Positions 48,836-59,300 of a stretch of DNA of 64,000 nt are shown in pieces. The stretch is from Lama glama (taxonomy: Eukaryota): NCBI GenBank assembly GCA_028534125.1, contig CM052821.1:55738001-55802000 (forward strand), read 5' to 3'. Position 1 is the first letter of the stretch, and every line of letters starts with the position of its first letter. The notes under the pieces were generated by a model. It ran no database searches. It was not told where the DNA came from and saw only the letters and a program-made list of their open reading frames with translations. The translations under genes and the position numbers were made by a program.

Positions 48836-51281
48836 TTTCATCTGTTTTCACCCTTTATAGTTCTAGACTGTGTGAGCAGGCGGACCCGTGTCCGGTCTCC
48901 TGGTGAAGGGCACTGAGCTGTCCCAGGATTCTGACGAGCAGCGCTCCCTCCGACACTGGGGCACGTCTCCTTATACTCTGCTGTGGGAGATGCTCTGTTC
49001 GGGGGAGAACTGTCCTGGTCCCAGGATGCCAGCATCTAGATACTACCATGTCTCCAAAGCTCCATGTCTCGAGGGGGTGGGGAGCAGGTGCGGCTCATCG
49101 GCGCGACCTGGCCGTCCTGGGAGCCCCCCGTTACCCATCACCTTTACTGACGGGGGTGATGCGGCCGTGGTGACAGGATGTCTGTGCAGACAGCTGTGCC
49201 CTGAGTTCAGGCTGGGACTTCCTGTGAGAACAAGGCAGGTGGTTCTAAGAAAGCACATCCCCAGGGCGAGCACCCCTCTGACCACAGTGGGAGAAGCCCT
49301 GGGCACCTGGAGGCGCAGGTGCTGGCCCTGGACTTGTCGGGCCGGGGCCCCGGTACCAAAACCCTGTGCCGGAGGCTTCCTGAAGCTTCCTTCCTCGGTC
49401 CCATCCCAGACGGTGGGCTGCTCCAGGGCAGACCGCTGCTCCTTCCGGTCCCTCACACAGGATGACGACGCCAAGGTCGCTGCAGAGAGGGGAGCTCCAC
49501 CCCGGGAAGCCAGGAGTCCTCGCCTTGCTCTGCACTGGGCAGGGTGTTAAGATGCGGACAGACCCCAGCCCCTGGGGGCTTAGACGGCAGCTGGGAGCAA
49601 AGCCATTGAGAGGGCGGCCCAGCTAAGGCCCCCATGCGCTTGTTTCCAGACGGCAGGTGTTGTGGGGAGGGGCTGGGGGGCTTGCGGGGAGGCTGGGCCC
49701 CGGGCTGCAGGAGCGGGGCTCAGGTTGGGGGGACATCGGAGCTGACAGCTGTGTGATCAGGGCCAGGGCAGCCGGAATGTCCCTGCCCTAGGCGGTTGGG
49801 GGTGGGGTCAGAACGACCTGGAAGCCAGGCCCGAGGCAGGACTTCCCCCCCCCCCCGCTGCCCCTCCCTGGCTCCCTGGGGCTCCTGTGTCCCGCCCAGC
49901 CCCGTGCCTGCTCTGCCGGGCGCCCCCAGGCAGAGGGCCTGCTTTCAGGCTACCGCTGAGGGCTCTTTCCGGCCCTCTGGGCACCTTTCCCTCCCAAGGA
50001 GTTTGGAGCCTGGGAAGACTGGAGATAAGGATGTGAAGCTGGGCTCCGTGCAGCGGCCAGAGGCCTGGCCTGGGAGTCACCCCTCCCCAGAGCCGCTCTG
50101 AAGGGGCCCCGGCTCGGTGCTGCCAGTGGGTCGGCCCTGTGGTCATCCGGCAGCACTCCCGCCCGGGCGCTCCCCGAAGTCTCATCCTCGTCCCTTGGGG
50201 AGCTGTGCGTGCTGGGCCGGCTCCCTCTGGGCTTCTTTGGGAATGGCTGGTGGACTGGGCTGACTCGGCACCTGTCAGGGAGGCTCTGATTGAACGTCCC
50301 CAGTCCCGAAGGTGACAGAGACCCCTCTATGCTGAGTGGTACCTGGGACGTGTGGGCATCACTCCTGAGACCCAGCCCCCCGATCAGCCCCGGGCAGCCA
50401 GGGATGGTATTTATTGTCCAGGTGAAGCCTCATTGGCACAGAAGCCCATTTTCCATTATGATAGGGAATTTTTATTTATTAAATTGCTATTTTAATATAA
50501 TTTACCAAGTCATTGAAGACAAATAATCCACTAAGCGAAGCCGTAAAACTCCATTTTCCCCAAATGCTGCGTCCGTATGACCGTGTGGCTTCTAGTACAT
50601 TCTGCTCCCCAGCCGGGGACACCTGCGGGAGGCAGAGCTCACAGCCCAGTCTCCTGGATTCTGAGTGAGGGTGACCTCTGCACTCTGGTTAGATTAAAAG
50701 CTGTCGAGCAGACTAAGAGGCCCCTCTGTCACAAAAGCCACCGAACACCCCGGAGGGTGCTGGCGTATTTTTTAAAAACGTAACCGTGAAGGAAGAGAGA
50801 CAACTGTAGACCAGAAATGTCCAGAAAATGTAAATCGAGAGAAATAAGGGGGGACATGAGGGCGAGCACCCCCCACCCGGGGCGCCTGCCAGTTAATGTC
50901 CGGGGCCTTCTGCCTGGTTTTAATGCGCCTCAGGCGGGAGAGGAGCCTGGAGCCCGGCCAGGGGCTGAGCAGGTGTCAGTGTCACCTGTCTCGGCCTTGG
51001 CCGTGGGGGTTAAGGAGGAAGGGAGGAAAACACCTCCTCCAGGATGTCCAGCCACAGGCCTGCAGGCATGTGGGTTTGAGTCCCAGTTCACGTTACTCAC
51101 TTGTCCTAAAAAATTCCAAGCTGGAAACTTAGTTGAAAATCATCTTGGCATAAAGTGCTCTAGGTACTGGCAGCAACCAGTACAAAAAAAATTTTTTCCC
51201 CAAAGAAAACCGTTTTTGATACATGCCTCAAAGAATTCCAACAGATTAAAGTTCCGAGGAACACGCCAATGAAAAATTAAT

Positions 51282-51687
51282 TGATAGTCGATCTAAGAAA
51301 GAAATGGGGAGTTTTATTTGAGCCAACCTGCGGATGACAACCCAGGAGACAGGCTTTCAGAAAGCTCTGAGGACCGTTCCTCCCGCGAGAAATTAAACAG
51401 AGAAGGACTTGCACAGCAGACGACATGCTGACAGTTTACGCAGCCTGTGTCGCACGTACAAGCTGAGCAGCAGGTCATCGTGGCTCCTGCAGGACTGAGA
51501 AAGGAGTGTCTCCTAAGGAGGTGCCTCGTTGGCGCCGGGGGAGACTGCTCTGTGAGCCTGAGCGGGCTCCCCTGTGTCTTCTAAGGCCTGGCTGGTGTGC
51601 GCTGTAGACGCACAGCGCAGGTGGGCAGAGGGAATTTTATGTTTGAATTTTTTTTTGTCCTGCCTTAAAAATAATTTCATCCCATCA
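51282..51687 (-). mobile_element. ERV1-type solo LTR (~406 bp)
   Basis: TG...CA termini (tgatagtcg...cccatca); minus-strand AATAAA (ttttattt, 51312-51319) about 35 bp from the end; cccaggagacaggctttcagaaagctctgaggaccgttcc resembles recalled laurasiatherian MER41-like LTRs. No clear TSD. Confidence 0.6.
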
Positions 51688-51793
51688 AACATAAGTTCCA
51701 AGAGGGGGAAGATCACTAATGTACAAGGAAGGAAGCAGATCACTGAGAGTGAGACTCCGCAGAGAAGTCCAGCTGCAGGAACAGATCTCCAGA

Positions 51794-52290
51794 TTTTATT
51801 TTATTTTTTTAAATTTTTATTTTTTTGTTGTAGTATGGTCAGCGTACAATGTTGTGCCAGCGTCTGGTGCACAGCACAGTGCTTCGGTCATACGTGAGCA
51901 CACATACGTTCCTTTTTCATTATAGTTTATTACAAGGTATTGAATGCAATTCCCTGTGCTACACAGAAAAAACTTGTTTATTTATTTTATATGTATCAGT
52001 TAGTATCTGCAAATCTTGAACTCCCAATTTACCCCTTCCCACCCCCTTCACTGCCCCGTAACTGTAAGTTTGTTTTCTCTGTGAGTCTAATTGTTTTGTA
52101 AATAAGTTCATTTGTGTCATTTTTTTAAGAGTCCACATATGAGCGATCTCATATGGTATTTTTCTCTTTCTGGCTTCACTTAAAATGGTGATCTCTAGGT
52201 CCATCCGTGTTGCTGCAAATGGCATTATTTATTCTTTTTTACGGCTGAGTGGTGTTCCACGGCATAAATATACCGCAGCTTCTTTACCCA
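51794..52290 (-). mobile_element. 5'-truncated lineage-specific L1 (ORF2 end and 3' UTR)
   Basis: T-rich tail; minus ORF MPFAATRMDLEITILSE matches L1 MPFAATWMDLEIIILSE; clearly similar to 23815-24234. Confidence 0.93.
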
Positions 52291-52629
52291 GAAAGACTAG
52301 AGGTTTTAGAGTCGTGAGATGTGCTGGAAGACGTGTTACATGTTTAAAATGATAAAGAAGAACAGGCTGAATAAAAAGGAAGGAGGGAAGGGAAACTCAG
52401 GAAGTGGGACACAGTGCAAGAGGTGACTCGTGAGCCGGCAGAGCGCTTGGCCCAGTCCAGGCCTGTCCGTGACGGCTAGAGGCGCCCTTTGGAAGCCCGG
52501 GTCTTTCCTCTGCTCAGAGCTTCTAGTGTCACGGGAACAAGCCAGCGACCAGCAAGGCCCTGAGAGTCTCCACCTCCCCCTCCACCCGCGGCCCCTGCTG
52601 GGCCCACCGCACTTCTGGACGCACCCACC

Positions 52630-52880
52630 AGGCACTGTCCAACTTCAGGGTCTTTGCGTTTGTCCCCCAGATACCTAGCAGTGTCCCCTCTCTGGGTCTT
52701 CGTTTAAGTGTCCCCTTAGGTGGCTGACCGCCGTATTTAAATTGCAAACCACCCCCTCCCGAGTGCCCCCAGCATTTCCCATCCGCCTTCCTCACCTTAT
52801 TTTTCCCTGGGGCATGACATCCTCTTACACGGCATCTGTTTTATATTTTTACCTACTAAACTGTTGCCACTGGTTGTGCA
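52630..52880 (+). mobile_element. L2a-like 3' fragment
   Basis: cagggtctttgcgtttg..cccccagatacc...ggtcttcgtttaagtgtcccct...ctgaccgccgtatttaaattgca...ccttatttttcc. Confidence 0.6.
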
Positions 52881-53465
52881 GGTGTGGCACAGACGAGAGC
52901 GGTCTCAGTGTGGGTGTTGTGCGCTTGAACTTGGGCAGCTGCCATGGAGGTGCAGGGGCTCCTGAAGACAGGGGACGTGAGCCCCGGGAGGGCGAGCGGA
53001 ACCCACTGGTGATCTGTGCCCGAGGAGGCGGGCAGGGACACGCAGCATCTTGTTCCCCCGGCCGCTTCAGGGTCGGCAGCGTCTCCTGGTGCCCAGGACC
53101 ACATGGGCTGGACCCAGACTGGGCGTCTGCCCTGCTTGGCCCCTTTCCTCCTGCTCGGGGGCGGGTGACTCAGCCTCCGTGGCCTCTCTGGGAAAGTGCC
53201 CCCACCACGGGGCAGCGTAGGATGGCGCCCCTTGGGTTCGGCTTCTATCGCCGCTGCTCGCACCCGGGCAGGAGAAGCAGGTGGACAGCAGGTGTGCCGT
53301 GCACGCTCCACGTGTCATGCTGCCGGACTTAGAGAGAAGCTCGTGCTTACTGCCATGATCCGAGGACTTGAAAGGAAGGCCCTGGGTGGGAGCCGGCCGC
53401 TCGGTGCTCCCGGAGCCCTGCCTGGCCGGCCGCGCTCTCACTCTCCGTCGTGTTCTCTCTTGCAG

Positions 53466-53561
53466 TCGGAACCCGAGGGCTTCGCGCATTTCCACTTGTA
53501 CGTCTGCGCTGCTTTCCTCGTGAGATGGAGGAAGGAAATTCTGGAAGAAAGAGATTTTCAA
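53466..53561 (+). CDS. TBC1D22A: TBC1 domain family member 22A, internal coding exon (96 nt, phase 0-0)
   Basis: Branch-like ctctcac, tract gtgttctctcttgcAG (53464-53465) and donor CAA|GTAAGT (53562). Encodes SEPEGFAHFHLYVCAAFLVRWRKEILEERDFQ. Confidence 0.97.
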
Positions 53562-56500
53562 GTAAGTAAATGCCTTTTCAGAAGAACCCGAGCTTGACCT
53601 TCTGCAGGAGAGAGCGTATTACGTTTAGTTTTCAGGGTTATTTGCAGAAGGACTTTGAGCCGCACTCCTCGTGGTCACCACTGACCTGCTGTTTGAAATC
53701 CCCGATGGAGGGCACAGGTCACGTGGGGCCTGGGCTCTGCGGACCCCTGCCTTGTTAAACGTGCTGTCACAGGCCCCCCGGAGAAGCCTGCTGCGCTGGC
53801 AGGTGTGTGTCCTCGGCAGGGTGGCCTGGAGGCTCCCGGAAGCCTCGGGTTGGCCATGGGCCGTGGTTTACCAGGAAGGGGCTGGGCACGTGATCAGATG
53901 CCTGGCTGCCCAGCTTGGTCGACCCAGGGCCAAGTCCCAGCCCCGTCCCCATCCCCACGTGGGCCTTGTGCAGTGGCCCAGGGCCTGCATGGGTGCTGAC
54001 CCCTGGGAGGGCTGGGCTGTCTGTGGTGCAGTGAAGAGACCCAGCGGTGGGGACCAGGGACCAGGCTCCACCCTGACAGGCTGGGGCTCACCTTCCGGCC
54101 GCTTCACCTCCTCAAGCCCCTCATCTTTCAGGAGAGGGAATGAGTAGGGAGGCCCTACGGTCCTGGGTCACAGTACAGGGCCCCGGGCAGCTCGCCTGGC
54201 CTGTGGTCCCTCGGCTCCTGGGCTGGACAGGCGCTCTGAGAACCCTCCCCCTGCCCCCAAGGGCCGTGGGAGGAGCCAGCCAACCCTGCCGCCCTGCCCC
54301 GTGGCTTTCCACCTTGGCCACCCAGAGGGACCCCTTCCTGGGCCAGCAGAGCGCAGCGCCCAGCCTGCCCCACCCGAGGTGGTAGACGGGGAAATGAGGT
54401 CATTCCTCCCTCAGGCTCCTGCCCTTGCGATCAGCACGGGGCCGGCTGTGCACTGCGGGGAGCAGTGGGGTCGTAGCCGGGTCCAGCCTCTTCCAGCCTC
54501 CTGTCCTGGTCTGTGAAGGGGGAGACGCACCTCCTGCCCTGCCCCGTCGGGCTCGTGTGCAGCCTGCTCGAGGCTGGGGGGCTAGGGCCCACCACCCACT
54601 CTGCCCACCCTCATCTCTGTGTGTCACAGGCCTGGAGTTGCTGATGGGGCCACACCTACCTGGGGTTCCCAGTGAGGTGGGATCAACGCAGACAAGAAAC
54701 TGGGGCTCCCACTGTGCTGTCCTTTGGTCACGGGAGGCGCGGGAGAGCCCGCGGACGGGCCTGGCCATGCGTTTGCAGGGGGAAGGGCCCAGCTTCCCTG
54801 GTGACCGTGACCAGCGTTCACACCTGCGCCTGGCTGGCTCCCCGAGCACCTTCCGGGGACCGGGTGGTGCAGGCACCTGGGTCCCCGAGGTTCAGGCTCA
54901 CCAGGCTGACAGTGTCTCAGGTGTGCCTGCCCCAGTCATGTTTGGGATTCTCTGGCTGGGAAGCCGTTTCCTGCAGGCCCCAGGCGGCTGTCACCACCCA
55001 CCTGGCTGCTTTTTTCCAGCCAGGTTTTGTCGGGCCTTTGGTGGAAGGAGCTCCCTGTGTGTGGCCTCCTGTGCCCTGGCAATGTGCCTGGCATGTCGAC
55101 CTCGTCCTGGCCGTCTGTGGGGTGAGAACTCGGGGCCCAGAGAGGGTGAGCGGCCGAGGCCCCTCTGCTCCCGGGGAGCACAGGTGGCTGAAGACCTCTC
55201 TGAAGGGCTGGGCTCGGGTCTTGACCTAGAGCTGCCACACGCTGTGAGGCAGAGTGTACCCCCCGCAAGTGGGGGGTGCAGGTGAGATGGGGGTGCTGGC
55301 GTCCTGGGCTCTTTGGCTGATTCACAGGTGCACCTCATAAAATCCTGGAAATGCGTTCAGCTTTATCCCCTCAAAGTCTGAGCTGCTTCGTTTGCATCCC
55401 GGGACACCAGGGCTCTGACTGCAGCCCCTGGGTGGCCCCCTGGTCCTCAGTCCGCCTCCAGGGCCCGGTTTGCCCTCACCCTGCTGCGTGGGCGAGGGGC
55501 AGCGCCCAGGCAGGGCGGGTCCTGCCCTGCCGCCTCCTGGGGCTGTGACCCAGCACTGTGGGCGCAGAGACGCTTTGTGATGTGGGCAAGTTCTCTCTGC
55601 ATAGAGATTGGCAGCGTGGTTCTTGATTTTGATACAAAGGGAGGTGCCAGTGTGCAGTGTTTGGATTTTCGAAGTAGAGAAGTTCATAAATTTATGGCGA
55701 GCAGAATGTGGAAATTCCAGGGAGATCGTGGCCCTCTCCGTGGAGCCATCCGGAGCTCAGAGGTCTGTAAACACCCCCAGTGACTTAACCCACTGCTGCA
55801 AGTTTGCTGACAAACGACCAGTCTCACGAGGAGAGACAGCTTCTCTTGCATGCGGGGAGGCTCTGAGCAAGGGCAGGACCGGTTGTGAGGCCCCGTCTGG
55901 AAACCCCACTTAATCCACAGAAGGGTGCTCAGTGTGTGCGTCGTGGACACCTCGCCCGGCGCCCGTGTCCGGGTGGAGCTCTGGGCTGCTTGGCCCGTGG
56001 CTGAGGAGCCCCTGGCGGTGCTGGCCTCTGCTGTCTCAGACCCTTCCCCTGTGTCCTTTGGATCGTAGGCAGCAGCTTAGCGGGGACCAGGTGGAAACAG
56101 GCAAGGGCAGTGCCCGCTGGGAGGCCTCGGTCTGCTGGGATGTCCCTGGTCCCCTGGTGTCCCCTCAGCCCCTCCGTCTGGCCCAGGCCCATGCTGTCTG
56201 TGGGAGACTCTCTGATGGGCTGGACAGGCTAGGGGTGACAGACGAAGGAAGGCCCGCTCCTGGCTCTGCCCGGGGCCTGGGGCCAGGGAACAGGAAGGAT
56301 GGGTGTCATGAATCAGGTGCGGGGGCAGGTGGGGGAGAGAGAACCCAGGACGCGGAGTGGGAGCGGATCAGATACCGGCCTGCTCTGCAGGGGAGGGAAG
56401 TCAGTGAGGCTGGTGCTGGGAGTGTGCGGTCGGGGTCGGGGTGGCGATCGGGTGATGAGCCTGAGAAGGAACGAGAGAGCCAGGGAGGCCTTGGTGGGAG

Positions 56501-56889
56501 GCCAGAGGCTTCTCAACCCGGGCCTCCTCCCAGGGCAGGGCCAGATGTGGGGAGGGGGCTGGATGCAGTGGGGGCGGGGCAGTCGGGCTGGAGAAGCTGC
56601 CCGAGGGGGGAGGGCTGGGGGCACAGAGAGGAGGGGGGGCGGGGGGGCACAGAGGTGGGGGGCGGGGCACAGGTGAAGGGTGGCAGCTGGACAGATTCAG
56701 GGGTGCAGGCTCGGCGGGCTCCCTGTTGGACTTCAAGGAGGAAGCGGCTGCACCGCAGTGAAGACGGTGGCTTGGAGGGGCCTCTGCTGTGAGGAGCCGC
56801 CCGGCAGAGACTCCTGGGCTCACAGACACGAAGCCCCACGTCTCCATTCGCAGAAGTCTCCACCTGTGAGCTCTCCCCTCTGCCGATGA

Positions 56890-59300
56890 AACCTGAATTT
56901 AGGACTTTACAGGACAGAAGGGGGTCGAGTGGAGCGGTCGGAAAAGGGACTCAGCGGATTGGATCAGGATGGACACGGGGCTGCTGTGGGTCCACTGGCC
57001 AGAGACACAGGGCGGCTGAAGAGCTCTGGGTGGAATTTGAATGGTACAGAGATGAATCTTTTTTGGTAAGTGTTTGTGAAACATTTACAAAATCATCTGA
57101 TCGAGGGCATAGAAATTGCCAAAATCTGAAGAACTGGAATCACACGGGCTACATTTGCTGAGCACAGCCCTTTGAAACCAGACAGTAGTGAAGTTAAAGC
57201 AGAGGAACCGAGCGCTGGGAAATCAGAGGCCTTCTGTCGAGGGGAAAGCGGCCCTGGTGTCGCACGGCAGGCTCCCGGCCGCGTGGGGTGTGGCCGCGCT
57301 GGGCTTGCAAGCAAACCCACAGGCAGAGTGCTTTTTATTACTTAAAAACATAAATAAACTCAACTGAAGAAGCTGGCAATGGAAAAACAGAGTCACCTGG
57401 GGTGAAGACGGTGAAGGAGCTCACGCGTGAAGCAAGGGGCCGGACTGGGAGAGCCAGTGGGCACGTAGCTCCTCCCGCCCTCCGCACGGGAGCCCCGAGA
57501 GCCCGCCTCCCTCCCGCAGCCGACTGAGACCAGGGCCCAAGGGTGTTGCCGGGGCAGGTGGCAGAGCGCCCTGTGCCCACCGAAATTCTAAGAGCCCGGA
57601 AGGAAAGGCCACTGGGAATCCCGCGGACTGTACAAGCAGTCTCAGCGGCTGGTCCGGGGACACAGCTTCATCACAACTTCAGCCAAGTTCTGCTCTTAAG
57701 GAAGTAGAATAAGAGATTACTCACCTTAACATGCTAGAGAATGTCTCAGATCGACAGCCAGGAACACCGGGGACACCAGGGACAGCCCCATAAAACCCCC
57801 GGTCTCCTTTGTTTCTGCGCCTGATGAATCAGTGTCCAGGGACGCCTTCCCCCACTTCCCCTGCTTGGTGCACGCACAGACACGCACCAGGGAGGTGGAA
57901 GACGGATTTTCTAAGTGTGCGGACTCTTCCAGGAGTAGCCAGCCCTGGAACGCTGTCGGCCCTGAGGCACCTGCTCGTTCCTGCTGGAGGGACCCAGCTC
58001 CCAGGCGTAGACAGCCCAGCCCAGGACACAGGGCAAAACCTGGAGTCCGAGCAGATGGAGGTGAGCCAGAAACCCTTTGCACAAGTCAGGACCCCGGAGC
58101 CCAAGCAAGTGCACCAGATGGACAGACAGAGCTGGGCGGGTGGGTTTTCCTGTCTGAGACTTGGCTCTGAACGGGACAGGAGTGAAAGTCTCCCTGGAGA
58201 ATTCCCAGCCACGCGCTCACCTCCCACTCGTTTGGAACTCACATTACTTTTGTGACTGACCCCCCCGCTGCAACGTGAATTTAAAATGGCCAGAGCGCCA
58301 GGGGCCTGACCTGAGAAAGTGCCAGCCCTCGCGAGAGTGACGCATTCTAAGCTCGGCCTTGGGGCTGTGTCTGTAATCAGGAGAAAATGTCCGTGTAGAG
58401 AAGACAGTGGGTGGAGACCGTCAGGTGGCCCACAGGAGAGTCTGTGTGGCCACCCCGTAAAGCTAAGACGCCTCTGTCCCTCCTGAAGGATTGAAATTGA
58501 AACAGATGCTGCCCGTCCACTCAGCCATGCTCTTAAAAACGTGCTTCCTTAAGATCGATGAAGTTGGCATGAAACAGGCCTGTGCCTTCACTCCTCCCCG
58601 GCGGGTGAGATGCAGCCTTTCTGGAGAGCCGTTAGTAATACATCAGGAGCCTCACCTTTGATCAGTAATTCCCCTTGTTCATAATTAGGGGAAAACAGAT
58701 TGTCTGCAGTCTAGATATCCAGCCTTAGAGGAACCGTCCCCTGGGTCACGGGACACTGCTGGTTGGAGTGTAACCCCCCAAAGTCGCAGCTTCAAGTAAC
58801 AGTTACTGACGTGGGAAAATGCTCTCAGTGTGTTTCTACGTGGGGAAAGGCGTGATCTGAAATCACATACGTCTAAACGCTTGTAAATACGCATGCACGC
58901 CTGCACGTGTATATGCATGTAAAACCCATGCTCACACACACGTAGAAAACACACAGTCTGCATATGTATGTGTGTATAAATGTTCACGTACATGTGTCCA
59001 CATATGTAAGATGCACACATAAAACAATCTGCATGTGTGCATATAAAACACATGTCCACATGTGCATGTGGACATTACAAATCTACACACTACACACGGA
59101 GGAAACACACCCACATGTGTAAGTACATATACTTACACACATAAGTACACGCACATATTAACTATATACAGAAAGGATCTTAATTTTACTTGTGTCAGGT
59201 GCTCAGATAAGAACTGCCAGAGGCAGAGCCCGGTGGTCGTCATTTAGCTGAGGTTAGGAGAATTATGGATGTTTCATTTTCTTGGCTGAGTGTTTATTTT
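56890..59300 (+). mobile_element. Highly decayed L1ME-like relic (endonuclease remnant to 3' end)
   Basis: tcttttttggtaagtgtttgtgaaacatttacaaaa...gggcatag (FFSS.HGTF.KID..LGHK-like) and later gcagcctttctggagagc...cacctttgatcagtaattcccctt (L1ME 3' region). Confidence 0.5.
58885..59170. repeat. Degenerate (CA/TA/TG)-rich low-complexity tract
   Basis: Repeated catgt/cacat/atgca words and internal aaaaca...tctgcat repeats. Confidence 0.8.

Larger units (their letters stand above)
12137..53465 (+). other. TBC1D22A: Phase-0 GT-AG intron of TBC1D22A (41,329 bp)
   Basis: The flanking exons join to the contiguous peptide LWDTYQ-SEPEGF, so no constitutive coding exon is missing between them. Confidence 0.93.

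Noticed and set aside
12009-53561. TBC1D22B or a processed pseudogene
   Set aside because: Intact introns and splice sites exclude a retrocopy. The residues HRHLDQHEVRY and LVRWRKEILEE, plus the very long introns, fit TBC1D22A.
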